64,000 nucleotides of DNA from an uncultured Verrucomicrobiae bacterium (GCA_963812605.1 CAWEWF010000001.1:355580-419579), one strand, 5' to 3'. Numbered from the stretch's first letter, positions 1 to 10,414 are shown. Notes: a model not told the origin generated them from the sequence alone. Numbers and translations: made by a program.

Positions 1-1208
1 GAGTCCGTGAACCGAATTCCCCTGGCATGGTAGATCTTCAGGCCGGTCTTCGCTGAGATGGTTACGTTCGACAGCGTCACGTCGGTAACCGGTGCTTCCG
101 GCAAACCCCGGATTGTTCCGGCGGTTGGGCAGTTTGTCGCGGTCACATTGCGGATGATGATATTCCTGTTGATGGGCGTACGGTCCGTGATCGGCTCGGC
201 TTTTTCGGTCGCCGGATCCTGGGGCGCTTCCCGCTCTGGATACCAGTCGATGATATAGATGGGATTTTTCACCGCGGTCATCGTCAGGTTTTCATATGTG
301 AGATTGCTGCAACAAACCACCGCGCTCGCGCGCCGTTTTGATGCGAATACCGGCGTCGGTCCCCTCAAAGGAACAATTGCTGACCCGCAGGTCCTCAATG
401 CCCACCGGAAGTTCCCGAGCCAATCGACATTCCGTGACCATGCAAGAACTTGCAGTTCGTGATCGTGTAATTCTTGTTACCAGGAGTACGGCCGCTACCG
501 GGTTTCACGGCAATATTGTCGTCCCCAGCGTCGATCGTGCAGTCAGTGATGAGATAATTCCATCCCGAAGGATCGATCCCGTCCGTGTTGTGAGCATGGC
601 CTGGCGACTTGATGGTAATCCCCTGGATCGTCACCTCCATGCAATTTTGCGGCACCAAGTGAAACATCGGTGAATTGCTCAGGGTGACCCCCTGGACGAG
701 CACGCGCGTGCAATTGGAAAGTTTGACCATATAGGGTCGGTGCGTCATGGAATGGTCCGCCTCGAACGCCGCCCACCAGGCTCTGCCCTGGCCGTCGATT
801 GTTCCTGCCCCGCTGATTTCAATGTCCTGCGCATCGGTGGCAGAAATGCAATCCTGATACCGCGCCTTGGCGATGGGGTAGTTCGTCATATCGTCGCTAA
901 TCAGGATCATCGCCCCGCTGGTCAGGTGTAAGTTGATGCGGCTGGCGAGCGTGAATGGACCGGTGAGAAATTTACCTTCCGGGATTAAAACGATTCCACC
1001 TCCCGCTTTGGAAGCCGCATCAATCGTCTTCTGGATGGCGATGGTATTCATCGTCTGGCCATCCCCGACTGCCCCATAGTCGGTCACGAGGAATGTATTC
1101 GTTGGAATTACCGGGAAGCGGCGGGTTTTGTGCGGAAGCGGTTGCCGCAAACGCGAAGCAGAAGGCCAGCGCGAGGGCAGAAGCGTGCGGATTGTTCATG
1201 GCAGTCAT
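1..1208 (-). pseudogene. Glycoside hydrolase family 28 (polygalacturonase-like beta-helix), disrupted by at least three frameshifts; runs off the window start
   Basis: ORF 1020-1208 encodes a signal peptide (MNNPHASALALAFCFAFAATASAQ). ORF 395-1150 carries GH28 motifs YGAVGDG, NTDGIDP, GDD and GHGMSIGS. The expected C-terminal continuation (DLRVSNCSFEGTDAGIRIKT..., then NLTMTAVKNPIYIIDWY...NVTLSNVTISAKTG) is readable in two other minus-strand frames within 1-394. Confidence 0.65.
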
Positions 1209-2227
1209 TCCTTTTTCTCCGACTCGTAAACGAGTCCAATCGATTTGCGCCAGCGGTCGAGCGCCTGCATGTTGCCCAGCGAATCATTCCAACTCATCGC
1301 GGGCGCCTGGCGTTGTTCAACGTGCTCGGCGACGTGATCGGCTTCAATCGCATAGGCGGGCTGCGTTGATTCCACGATGATCTCCTGTTGCGGTTCGCCC
1401 TTGCGTTCGATAAACAGCCTGCTCGTCGTGCCATCGTTGATCTGCGTCCACGGTGCGGGCACGAAGATATTTCCATTCGAGCCGCAGATGCGCAGCGTAT
1501 TGTGTTGCTGCACTTCGACGCTGGTGGCCAGGGCCGCGAGGATGTCGCCGGGGAATTTCAGCGAGGCGGTGGCCCACGTGTCGACGCCGGTCGACGCCAA
1601 ATGTCCAACGCCTTTCACCTCAAGCGGGTCTGCGAACGGCTGGCCGGCAGCGATGCCCGCGACGAGACGTGACATGGACATCGGATAACAACCGACATCG
1701 AGGATGCTGCCGCCGCCGAGGGCGTTCTTGAACAGGCGGGCTTCGGGATTGAAATCCCTGTGAAAACCGAAAGACGCATGGATGACCCGCACCTCGCCGA
1801 TGATTTTCTTGCGAAGAAGTTCGATGAGTTTTGCGGTCTGCGGATGGCAGCGGTACATGAACGCTTCCATGAGAAAGACATCATGCTTTCGCGCCGCGTC
1901 GACGACCGCCAGCGCTTCCGAGTGGTTCAGTGTCAACGGCTTTTCGCAGAGAATGTGTTTGCCGGCCTTGGCGGCCTTGAGGCACCACTCGGCGTGCAGG
2001 GAGTGCGGCGTGGAGATGTAGACTGCCTGCACCTGGGAATCGGCGAGCAACGCGTCGTACGTGTTGTAGCCACTCGGTACGTGATACTCGGCGGCGAACT
2101 TGTCGGCACTTGCCTGCGAACGGCTGCCAACGGCAGCAAGTTTACCGGTTTTGGATTGGGAAAGCTGCTTGGCGAAGATGCCGGCAATTCGACCGGTTCC
2201 CAGAATGCCCCACGAAAGCGAGTTCAT
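1205..2227 (-). CDS. Gfo/Idh/MocA family NAD(P)-dependent oxidoreductase
   Basis: N-terminal Rossmann motif ILGTGRIAG; conserved EKPL motif; 340 aa typical of the family. Start overlaps the GH28 stop. Confidence 0.8.
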   Translation of the reverse strand: MNSLSWGILGTGRIAGIFAKQLSQSKTGKLAAVGSRSQASADKFAAEYHVPSGYNTYDALLADSQVQAVYISTPHSLHAEWCLKAAKAGKHILCEKPLTLNHSEALAVVDAARKHDVFLMEAFMYRCHPQTAKLIELLRKKIIGEVRVIHASFGFHRDFNPEARLFKNALGGGSILDVGCYPMSMSRLVAGIAAGQPFADPLEVKGVGHLASTGVDTWATASLKFPGDILAALATSVEVQQHNTLRICGSNGNIFVPAPWTQINDGTTSRLFIERKGEPQQEIIVESTQPAYAIEADHVAEHVEQRQAPAMSWNDSLGNMQALDRWRKSIGLVYESEKKE

Positions 2228-2295
2228 GACGGGAGAGTCCTAGGACGGTTTACGACGGTCGACAAGGAAAAAGTGGCGTGACTTGCCGCCGACCG

Positions 2296-2685
2296 TCAAC
2301 TGCAAGTCTTCACGGTCGTGCGAAGGGCGCGCTCGATCGTATTGGCGAATTCCTGGAAATTGATCGGCTTGGTGTGGTAGGCAAAAGCCCCGAGACTCAG
2401 CGCTTTATCCGTCGTGCATTGTTCCGTGTGACCCGTGATGATGATGACCGGAACATCGGGAAACGCTTTTTTCGCCAGCGCCAAGAATTCCATGCCGTTG
2501 ATGCCGGGCATGGCGAGGTCTGTGATGATCACGTCGAAACGGTTCCTGGTGCCGGCCACATAATCCATGGCCGCCTGGGAATTGGAAGCTCCAGCCACCA
2601 CATAACCAAAGTGGTTCAGCAACTTGGACAGCGACGCCAAAACCTCAATGTCGTCGTCCACGAGCAGGATCGTAGGGCTTGCCAT
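2296..2685 (-). CDS. Response regulator, receiver domain only (CheY-like)
   Basis: LLVDDD...DVIITDLAMPGINGMEF...KP pattern; 129 aa; no output domain. Confidence 0.75.
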   Translation of the reverse strand: MASPTILLVDDDIEVLASLSKLLNHFGYVVAGASNSQAAMDYVAGTRNRFDVIITDLAMPGINGMEFLALAKKAFPDVPVIIITGHTEQCTTDKALSLGAFAYHTKPINFQEFANTIERALRTTVKTCS

Positions 2686-2795
2686 GGCTACAGTAGATTC
2701 ACATCAAAGATGAATTAATAGCACCAGCCGTGCCGGGAGGCAAACTCACAAGTGGATTGCCACAATCAGGTTACGGCGACGCATGCGACGCCAAT

Positions 2796-4970
2796 TTATT
2801 TCTCCGTCACTTCGTACCAAAGCGTCTTGTGTTCCGGACCGATGACAAGAACGGCGTGGCCACCTTCATCCGGCTCCAGGGAAAGTGGCTCCTTGTGTTC
2901 TCCGCGCTCGTCGAGCGCCCAGCCCTTTGCTTTTTTCGCGGACAATGGCATGGTGATACGGGCTGGGATTCCCTCGATCAACGACGGGGCCTTGCCCCAG
3001 TTGCGGCCAACGCTGGAATGCTCGGCGTTTTTCCACTGCATCGCGGTATTCTCGGCGGAGCCCGTTGCGGTCACCAACCAACAACCCGATTGCAACTCAG
3101 TGACGGTGATTGCGCACCATCCGTTCTGGCGCGTGGCGCCCGGCTCGATTACCGTGCCGTCGAGATCGAACCGTTTCCCTCCGCCGAAGCCGATGACCGC
3201 CTTGCTCTTGGCCGTGTTCACCGTGATGACTCCGCAACCTTTCTCGCTTGCGTCCCACACGAGTTCGCCGGTGTCCGAGACAAAGCGGCTGGAGGTGAGC
3301 AAGTCTTTCCGGATCCCAGGCGAGGAAACCCTTCCGGTAACATCGATTGCGACGCGATGGACCAACGGTGTTTCCCGCGGCACGCCGAGTAGGCTGGCAT
3401 CGATCAATCCCCAGGCGTGGGCACGCCGCAAGAGATCCGCGTCGCGTTCTCCATCAAGCGCAACGACAACCTGCTCCTGGGCGGGGCGCACATCGCCGCG
3501 CACGAACATCGCCATGGCGGGAACCAAGGTGGCCATCTTCGTCGGATGCTGGTCGATGTCAAAGAAGCTCGTGATGTGTTGCGTGTCCCAGTCATCATGG
3601 CGATGGGAATAGGCGAACGCGTAGATGGCATCCCAGTCCTGCAAAGCGGCGTACGCGGCGAGCAACAGGAAGCCTTCACTGCCATAGGTGTTCGGTGCGG
3701 GATGATTGTACTCCGTGACGCAGTGCGGTTTGCCAAGCACGCGATGCAGCGCCAGTGTGGGAAGCGTGCCGCCGCGTTCATTGACCATCGTGACATTCGG
3801 CACGAGCCAGTTTTCATCGTCCCACGATTTACCCGGAAACTGTGGATGTTGCCAGTAGGCATGCGTGTCCACCGCGTCGAACCTCGCCATCAGGTCGGGT
3901 GTGCTGCACCCGACGATGGTGCCCATCACCACAGCGTGGACACGCAGTTCATTCTTTAGAAAATCATCCATCGATTGCCAGTAATGATCTTCCGTTTCCG
4001 AAAGAAATCGCATCCAATCCCGCTGCGCCTCGGCGGTGCATTTGTCCCACTGCGCCTTCGTGAACATGGGCAGCGTTCCGTCCTCGATATGTTCCGCATC
4101 GGCCAACCCGGCCACGCTGTTGGGCAACTCGCTCTTTGCGCCCCACACGGCGCGAAGTTTTTCCGTGGAGCGGTAGCGGTCGCGCAGCCACTCGTTCCAC
4201 TGGCGCCGCAAGTCGCGCGCAAAAACTTCCGGCAAACCGTCAAGTTGTCCACCCAGCCACGAGTGCGCCAACCCATTCTCATTGTTGATCTCGATGAAAG
4301 CGACGGCCGGGTCTTCGGTGTAGGCCAGGCCGGTCACGACGTTACGATGAGTCAAAAGCTTGCGCGCGTACTCTTTCTGGAGTTCGAGCAGCGGGGCGTA
4401 AAAGAAGCCGACACTGGCCCGTTCTTTCAACTCCAGTTTTTCGATCTCGATGGGCAGCCCGTCCGCGGCGTTGAAGGGACGCAACACGAGCAGGTTAAGG
4501 TTCGCGTAAATCCCGTGGCGCTTCAGCGCGGCGATGAAATAATCGAGACGGTCCAAGGCTTCCGGATCGAGTTGGCGTGTCGATTTGTCGTCGCGGGCAC
4601 GAATGCCGCCGGGGAACGGCTGCATGTCCATGTGATGGAACCGCACGACATTGATGCCGAATTTCGCCAGGCGCGCGGCGATCTTCTCGGCGTCATCGTG
4701 CCTTGGGAAATTCGCGCCAAAGCAGAAGTTTACGCCAAAGAAACGGATCCGCTGACGGCCCGCGTACAGATGACCGTCTTTCTCCGCATGGATGAAGCCG
4801 CGCTTTCCGGCAGGCGCTTCGAGCCAGCCGCTCAAGTCTGTCAGACTCGGCGTGGCGTCGTTCCACGGCAGGACAAACGGGAACACGGAAGCATCTTCCT
4901 GCGCCTTGCCGCTCGGAGTTGAGATGGACCCAAGAAAGAACGCAACGCCAAGGAGCAGGATTCGTCTCAT
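2796..4970 (-). CDS. Secreted clan GH-A (GH5-like) glycoside hydrolase, large multidomain
   Basis: Signal peptide MRRILLLGVAFFLGS from the internal ATG at 4970. TIM-barrel acid/base motif IEINNEN and nucleophile motif VTEYNHP. About 720 aa mature protein. Confidence 0.55.
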   Translation of the reverse strand: MRRILLLGVAFFLGSISTPSGKAQEDASVFPFVLPWNDATPSLTDLSGWLEAPAGKRGFIHAEKDGHLYAGRQRIRFFGVNFCFGANFPRHDDAEKIAARLAKFGINVVRFHHMDMQPFPGGIRARDDKSTRQLDPEALDRLDYFIAALKRHGIYANLNLLVLRPFNAADGLPIEIEKLELKERASVGFFYAPLLELQKEYARKLLTHRNVVTGLAYTEDPAVAFIEINNENGLAHSWLGGQLDGLPEVFARDLRRQWNEWLRDRYRSTEKLRAVWGAKSELPNSVAGLADAEHIEDGTLPMFTKAQWDKCTAEAQRDWMRFLSETEDHYWQSMDDFLKNELRVHAVVMGTIVGCSTPDLMARFDAVDTHAYWQHPQFPGKSWDDENWLVPNVTMVNERGGTLPTLALHRVLGKPHCVTEYNHPAPNTYGSEGFLLLAAYAALQDWDAIYAFAYSHRHDDWDTQHITSFFDIDQHPTKMATLVPAMAMFVRGDVRPAQEQVVVALDGERDADLLRRAHAWGLIDASLLGVPRETPLVHRVAIDVTGRVSSPGIRKDLLTSSRFVSDTGELVWDASEKGCGVITVNTAKSKAVIGFGGGKRFDLDGTVIEPGATRQNGWCAITVTELQSGCWLVTATGSAENTAMQWKNAEHSSVGRNWGKAPSLIEGIPARITMPLSAKKAKGWALDERGEHKEPLSLEPDEGGHAVLVIGPEHKTLWYEVTEK

Positions 4971-4980
4971 CGCGCTGTGT

Positions 4981-6354
4981 TCAACGTTCCACAAGAAATG
5001 CCAAATCGTCCTGCCGGTTTCCGGCTCCGTCACCCTTTTCACCGATGCTGTATACGACGTACCCGGGCGCGAGTTTCTTGTAGCGCAGCGGTTGGCCGTC
5101 GAACGGATCGGTCGGCACCCCGCTGCTGCCGAACGGCGTAAGTTCCGCGACGGTCTGGGGCAGTTGATGATCATGGGAAACGCGGAAGCGCTCGATGGCG
5201 ATGGCGATCCGCGCGGACCGGAGGCGGGCGGTGACGGCCGCGTCTTTCAAGATGACGCGGGAGCCATTCATGCCGCGCAACCATCCGCGGGAGAATGCGT
5301 GCAACCCATCCTGTTGTTCGAGAGACTGACGCAACACCTGCGCGGCGGCGATTCTCTCCGGAAAGTCTGTCTGGGCGGTTTGAATATAACGATCCATCGA
5401 CTGTAAATAATTCAATTCGTCCCACTGGAGAAATCCGCAGGAGTCGTACAAATATTGGGGCGAACTGAAAAAAATGGCTACATTTAGAAAAAGTCTTTGA
5501 CTGAGTGGGCGCGACCGGCCAGCCGGAAGAGCGATCAGGTCCGTGGTATCCCGCATCATATTAAAACCCTGGATGCCAATGCACCGTTGGCCGATGAACG
5601 CGCGGGCCAGCCCACGTTGGTCGTCGGCTTTCTCCAGAGCGACGGCAAGGGCGGCCAACTGCTCGTCCGTCAGGCGGGTCTTATTCAGGATGTGCTGGAG
5701 ACTGCTGACCGCGATTTTTTGGGTCTCGATCCGCGCCAGATGGGAACGCACCAGCGGTTCTTTCGCGAGCGACCGCGACAAGGCGAACGATGACTCGACG
5801 GAGAGGATCGCCAACTCCGGGCTGGTGTCCTCGGCGTGATTGGCGGCATCGGTCTGCAACAGGTAGGCGCTGCGAACGGCATTCGCCAGATGCGGATAGG
5901 GCATGATCGAAAGTTTGCCCAAATTGATCGGGAACCGGCTTCGCGGAATGTTGGAAGCCTGATGCAACAAGGCCAGCGCCTCAATGTTCCCGCTAAGGTA
6001 ACCCGCCATCGTTTGTTTGCCCGGGTCTGCTGATGACCCGTCCGCCGGTGGAAGATCGATGGATTTGTCATCCAACAAGAGGGATGGATTGAATTGGCCG
6101 GACAGACTTGCGAACGCCTTGCCGAAAACCAGCGCACTATTCTCTTCCACCGGAACCCGCGGGTACCACCGATCCAGCTCCGCCAGTGTGACGGGGTAAT
6201 TGCGCTCGTGGATGGCGGCCATTTCGGAGGCAAGAAGACGATTGAGAATCAATCGCCAGGCGATGAACAAGACAGAGAAAGCCAGTGCGACAAGAGAGAG
6301 GCGCCGCCGCCAGTACTTCCACCGCGAACCAGGTAACCGAATGCCTGCGCTCAC
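4981..6354 (-). CDS. Membrane-anchored protein of unknown function with a pseudopilin (GspG)-like C-terminal motif; paralog A
   Basis: N-terminal TM helix (LSLVALAFSVLFIAW). Conserved motif YPVTLAELDRWYPRVP. C-terminus DPFDGQPLRYKKLAPGYVVYSIGEKGDGAGN resembles the DPWG...Y.Y...SLG.DG..GG tail of type II secretion pseudopilins. 11 bp upstream of the GH5-like gene. Paralog of 11681-13012. Confidence 0.6.
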   Translation of the reverse strand: MSAGIRLPGSRWKYWRRRLSLVALAFSVLFIAWRLILNRLLASEMAAIHERNYPVTLAELDRWYPRVPVEENSALVFGKAFASLSGQFNPSLLLDDKSIDLPPADGSSADPGKQTMAGYLSGNIEALALLHQASNIPRSRFPINLGKLSIMPYPHLANAVRSAYLLQTDAANHAEDTSPELAILSVESSFALSRSLAKEPLVRSHLARIETQKIAVSSLQHILNKTRLTDEQLAALAVALEKADDQRGLARAFIGQRCIGIQGFNMMRDTTDLIALPAGRSRPLSQRLFLNVAIFFSSPQYLYDSCGFLQWDELNYLQSMDRYIQTAQTDFPERIAAAQVLRQSLEQQDGLHAFSRGWLRGMNGSRVILKDAAVTARLRSARIAIAIERFRVSHDHQLPQTVAELTPFGSSGVPTDPFDGQPLRYKKLAPGYVVYSIGEKGDGAGNRQDDLAFLVER

Positions 6355-6373
6355 ATGTGGATTCTAGCATCAA

Positions 6374-6766
6374 TTAGAGCCAAACGAAAGCCTCATCATC
6401 GGGGATTGGAGCGGGAGGGTTGCGATCGGACTCGGTGGCACTCGTCATTGATGCCACGGTCGACGCAACAACGGCATCCACAGCCCCATCAAATTTAGTC
6501 GGTGGATTCTTCGGTTTGGGGGGCCGGGTTGGCGATACGGATGGGACCGGGCTGGCGCCCAGCACTTGTACCGCTGGGCCTTGTTCAAATCCGAGCTCAT
6601 GCGCCAGGATGCCGAGCAACCGGCGGGTCGGCCCGCTGGGATTACGGCGCTGGTGTTCGAGGTATTTCACCTGTTTGATCGAGACACCAAGCCACAGAGC
6701 AAATTGGGCCTGGGTCATGCTGGCATGCTTGCGCAAAGCCAGAATACGGCTTGCTCCCCATTCCAT
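6374..6766 (-). CDS. XRE-family HTH transcriptional regulator with Pro-rich C-terminal tail
   Basis: MTQAQFALWLGVSIKQVKYLEHQRRNP is a typical HTH_XRE pattern. Ends 19 bp upstream of paralog A. Confidence 0.6.
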   Translation of the reverse strand: MEWGASRILALRKHASMTQAQFALWLGVSIKQVKYLEHQRRNPSGPTRRLLGILAHELGFEQGPAVQVLGASPVPSVSPTRPPKPKNPPTKFDGAVDAVVASTVASMTSATESDRNPPAPIPDDEAFVWL

Positions 6767-6868
6767 CGTTCTGCATGAGGGAACTGCGTTCCCCCACCTC
6801 CTTGTGACATATGGGTAACAAAGTTCGTTCTCTGATGCAACCCTGAAATGCAGTCGGGTGACTATTTT

Positions 6869-8365
6869 TTAAGCGCTGATCCCGGCCATCAAACGGAGCA
6901 GGGTTTCCTGGCTGGCCTGCGCGCGCGAAACCTCGCCAACCAAACGTCCATTGCGCAAGACCAAAATGCGCGTGGAGAGGTTGATCACCTCGGGAAGCTC
7001 GCTGGAAATCAGGAGCACGCCGTTGCCTTTATTCGCAAGTTCATCGATGAGACCGTGGATTTCTGCCTTGGCGCCCACGTCCACGCCGCGTGTGGGTTCG
7101 TCGACGATCAACACGTGACAATCCGCCGCCAGCCATTTCCCGAGGACGACTTTTTGCTGGTTGCCACCCGATAATCCCGCGACCACTGATTCGGTGCTGG
7201 GAGCCCTCACATGAAGGAGGTCGAAGTATTTTTGGGCGATCCGCCGTTCCGCCCCGAAGCGCACCCAGCCCAGGCCCGCGAACCTCTCCAGGGTGGGCAG
7301 AGTTGTATTTTCCCGCGCGTTCATCATCATCACCAAGCCGTGCCGTTTGCGGTCTTCGGGAACCATTCCAATATGATGGCGCATGGCAACCGACGGCTGG
7401 CGCAACGGCATCGGCTTGCCGCGCACGCGGACATGACCGGTCGCCAACCGGTCGAGTCCAAACAACGCCTCGGCAATCTCCGTGCGTCCGGCTCCCACCA
7501 ATCCGGCGAAACCAAGCACCTCGCCGGCGCGCAATTGGAAAGAGATATTCTCGAACTTGCCGGGGCTGGAGAGATCCTCCACGCGCAGCAACTCTTCGCC
7601 AGGCTCAGCCTGAAGATGGCGGGAGAAATATGCCTCCAGCGTGCGACCGATCATCATCTGTACCAAGCTGTTACGGTCGAGTTCCGCTGCGGATTTTGTC
7701 GCCACGTGCTGGCCGTCGCGCAATACGGTGATCGTATCGCAGAGATGATAGATCTCCTCCAGTCGATGCGATACGTAAATCGCGGTCACGCCTTGCGCCT
7801 GCAACCGCTTGATCAATTGGAAGAGATGGTCGCTCTCGATCTGTGACAGGCTGCTCGTTGGTTCGTCGAAGATCAGGATGCGCGCGCCATGCGAGACCGC
7901 TGCGGCGATCTGGACCAGTTGCTGTTGGCTGACCGGCAACGCGCCCACAAGTTTTGTCGGATCGATCTTCGCCTGGATGGCGGTCAGGTATTCCCTGGCT
8001 CGGCGCAACATTTCACGGCGGGAAACGAATGTCGCTCGCGCGGGCAGATGGCCCAGGCAGAGGTTTTCCGCGACGGTAAGGTTTTCACAGAAAGCCAGTT
8101 CCTGATGCACGATGCCGATGCCGGCGGCCATCGCATCGCTGGGACTTCCGAACCGCGCCGTCTTGCCGTCGACGAGCAATTCGCCTTCATCGGGCCTGTA
8201 GATACCCGCCAGGATTTTGCCCAGCGTGCTTTTGCCGGCGCCATTCTCGCCGCAGAGCGCGTGGCACGAGCCCGGCGCAACGTCGAAGCCCACGTTCCGC
8301 AACGCCTGTACGCCGGGAAAGCGCTTGCCGATCCCGCGAAATTGAATGATCGGATTCTCAGCCAT
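6869..8365 (-). CDS. Sugar ABC transporter ATP-binding protein (two fused ABC domains, RbsA/MglA-like)
   Basis: Two Walker A motifs (GENGAGKST; second domain), LSGGNQQK signature; 498 aa. Confidence 0.85.
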   Translation of the reverse strand: MAENPIIQFRGIGKRFPGVQALRNVGFDVAPGSCHALCGENGAGKSTLGKILAGIYRPDEGELLVDGKTARFGSPSDAMAAGIGIVHQELAFCENLTVAENLCLGHLPARATFVSRREMLRRAREYLTAIQAKIDPTKLVGALPVSQQQLVQIAAAVSHGARILIFDEPTSSLSQIESDHLFQLIKRLQAQGVTAIYVSHRLEEIYHLCDTITVLRDGQHVATKSAAELDRNSLVQMMIGRTLEAYFSRHLQAEPGEELLRVEDLSSPGKFENISFQLRAGEVLGFAGLVGAGRTEIAEALFGLDRLATGHVRVRGKPMPLRQPSVAMRHHIGMVPEDRKRHGLVMMMNARENTTLPTLERFAGLGWVRFGAERRIAQKYFDLLHVRAPSTESVVAGLSGGNQQKVVLGKWLAADCHVLIVDEPTRGVDVGAKAEIHGLIDELANKGNGVLLISSELPEVINLSTRILVLRNGRLVGEVSRAQASQETLLRLMAGISA

Positions 8366-8371
8366 CAGGTG

Positions 8372-9370
8372 TCAGGGCAGCTTCAGGTATTCCTCGGGCA
8401 CATCCGTAAAGCCCCACGCCTTGAGCTGGCGCGCCCAGGTCCCAAGGTTTTCCTTGGAGACGCGCACGAGTTCCATGCGGGTGATCGCCGGGACATCCTT
8501 CTTGAGATAGACCTTGTCGATGACCTTCTCGACCGACACGTGACCCCACATATAGGTGGGCTGCGCGAGTAGTACCGGCGCGATCCCCTTTTCAACGTAG
8601 GGTAATTCGGCCGGCAGCGCATCGACTGCAACCACTTTCACTTTGGCGGGATCGAGATCGGTCAGCAGGCTCTTCGTGAACAACGGCCAGCCGCCGATCA
8701 TCGCCCAGCCCGTGATATCGGGATAAGCGTTCATCACGCGTACGACTTCGGCCGCGCCGTCCTGGGGTGTTTCGATATGGTAAAAAGTGCCGACGATGGT
8801 GATGTCGGGATACTTCGTCGCTTCTTTCTTCACGCCGTCGGCACGCTTGCGCAGGTTCGGCGCGTTCTGGTTGCCGGCCAGGATGGCGACCTTGCCTTTC
8901 CCTCCGAGTTGCTTGGCCAGTTCCGACATAACTTGTTCGCCGCTCGCTACGTCGTCCACGCCATAAAACGCAAAGCGCTTCGATTGCGGCGCATCGCTAT
9001 CAAAGGTCATCACGGGCACGCCGCGCGCCGCCGCGTCGTTGATCGCACCGGTGAGTTTTGCCGCGTCGGAACAGGAAACCACGATGGCGTCATCGCCTTC
9101 GTTGACCGCCTCGGCGATCCGCTGGGCTTGTACCTGCGCATCTTCCGTCGGCGGCGTGCGCCAATCGATCACGATGTCGATATTGTACTTGGCGGACAGT
9201 TCCTTCGCCGCGGCTTCCGCGCCGGTGCGGGCGGAGAGGAACACGGGGTTGGTGGAGCTTTTCGCGATGAGCGCGATTTTGATGGTTTTCTTTGCCTGCG
9301 CGAAGCTGCTGGCGACCGCCAGCCCTGCCACGCAACCGAACACGATAAATGCTTTGCCGAGTCTGTTCAT
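8372..9370 (-). CDS. Sugar ABC transporter periplasmic substrate-binding protein (RbsB-like)
   Basis: Signal peptide followed by a periplasmic-binding-protein fold pattern (KIALIAKSSTNPVF...); 332 aa. Confidence 0.8.
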   Translation of the reverse strand: MNRLGKAFIVFGCVAGLAVASSFAQAKKTIKIALIAKSSTNPVFLSARTGAEAAAKELSAKYNIDIVIDWRTPPTEDAQVQAQRIAEAVNEGDDAIVVSCSDAAKLTGAINDAAARGVPVMTFDSDAPQSKRFAFYGVDDVASGEQVMSELAKQLGGKGKVAILAGNQNAPNLRKRADGVKKEATKYPDITIVGTFYHIETPQDGAAEVVRVMNAYPDITGWAMIGGWPLFTKSLLTDLDPAKVKVVAVDALPAELPYVEKGIAPVLLAQPTYMWGHVSVEKVIDKVYLKKDVPAITRMELVRVSKENLGTWARQLKAWGFTDVPEEYLKLP

Positions 9371-9385
9371 GATTTCCTCCGGTTC

Positions 9386-10414
9386 CTATCCTTTGGTTAG
9401 TCGTTTCGCCGTCAACCGCGCATTGAGTTGATCGAGCACCACCGCGATCACGATCGCGCTGCCGATGATGATCCATTCGTAGTTTTGGTCGAAATGCAAT
9501 TGGCGGATCGCCTGCCGAATCAGCACGATGAGCACCGCCCCCAGCATGGCGTTGATCGCGCTGCCTTTGCCGCCGCTCAGGCTCGCGCCACCGACCACCG
9601 CCGCCGCGATCACATATAACTCGTAGCCCGTCGCGTCCCCGCACGTCGCCGAGCCATAATAACTGATCCCCACAAACGCCGCGATGCCGGCGGTCAATCC
9701 CGACAACGCGTACACGCCGATCAGGATTCTTCCCAACCGCAACCCCGAGTAACGGCTGGCTTCCGCATTGCCGCCAATCGCGTAGATGTGCCGCCCCATC
9801 ACCGTTCGCGAGAGATAAATCGCGCCGAGCGCCGTGACCGCGAGCATCACCAGCATCGGCACGGGATAAAGGGCCGAACTCGAGCCGAGGGTCGTCTTGA
9901 CCACGCTGGTCAGCGCGTCGGGCACGAGGATGCTTTCCGCCTTGCTCGTGACAAACGCAATGCCGCGAAACACCCACATCATCCCCAGCGTAATGATGAA
10001 TGGATGCACCCGCAGCCCGACCACCATCACGCCGTTGGCCAGCCCGCACAGCAGGCCGATTCCCAGGCACAGCGTCAATGCCGCCAGCACCGTCACAAAA
10101 GGGTTGGAGAATTGCCACGACCGCAACGCCAGCGCCATCGTGGTCCCCGCCAGCGCGTACGTCGAGCCCACGGACAGATCGACGCCGCCCGAGATGATCA
10201 CCATCGTCGCCCCGACCGCCATGATCGCGAAAAAACTCGCGTCCGTGGCCGTCTGCGTGAGCGTGTAGAAGTTGAGGAAGTTGTTGACCGACCGGCCCGT
10301 CATGCGGTCCACGTGCGAACCCGCAAAAACGGTGAGCACGGCCCCCAACAGCAGGATCACCAGGATCAAACCGGACTGCTGGGCATTGAAAACGCGGCGA
10401 ATCGTCGGGTGCAT
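9386..10414 (-). CDS. Sugar ABC transporter permease (RbsC-like)
   Basis: Multiple TM segments. Likely start is the internal ATG at 10414 (MHPTIRRVFN), giving about 343 aa. Minus-strand operon order is permease, SBP, ATPase. Confidence 0.8.
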   Translation of the reverse strand: MHPTIRRVFNAQQSGLILVILLLGAVLTVFAGSHVDRMTGRSVNNFLNFYTLTQTATDASFFAIMAVGATMVIISGGVDLSVGSTYALAGTTMALALRSWQFSNPFVTVLAALTLCLGIGLLCGLANGVMVVGLRVHPFIITLGMMWVFRGIAFVTSKAESILVPDALTSVVKTTLGSSSALYPVPMLVMLAVTALGAIYLSRTVMGRHIYAIGGNAEASRYSGLRLGRILIGVYALSGLTAGIAAFVGISYYGSATCGDATGYELYVIAAAVVGGASLSGGKGSAINAMLGAVLIVLIRQAIRQLHFDQNYEWIIIGSAIVIAVVLDQLNARLTAKRLTKG

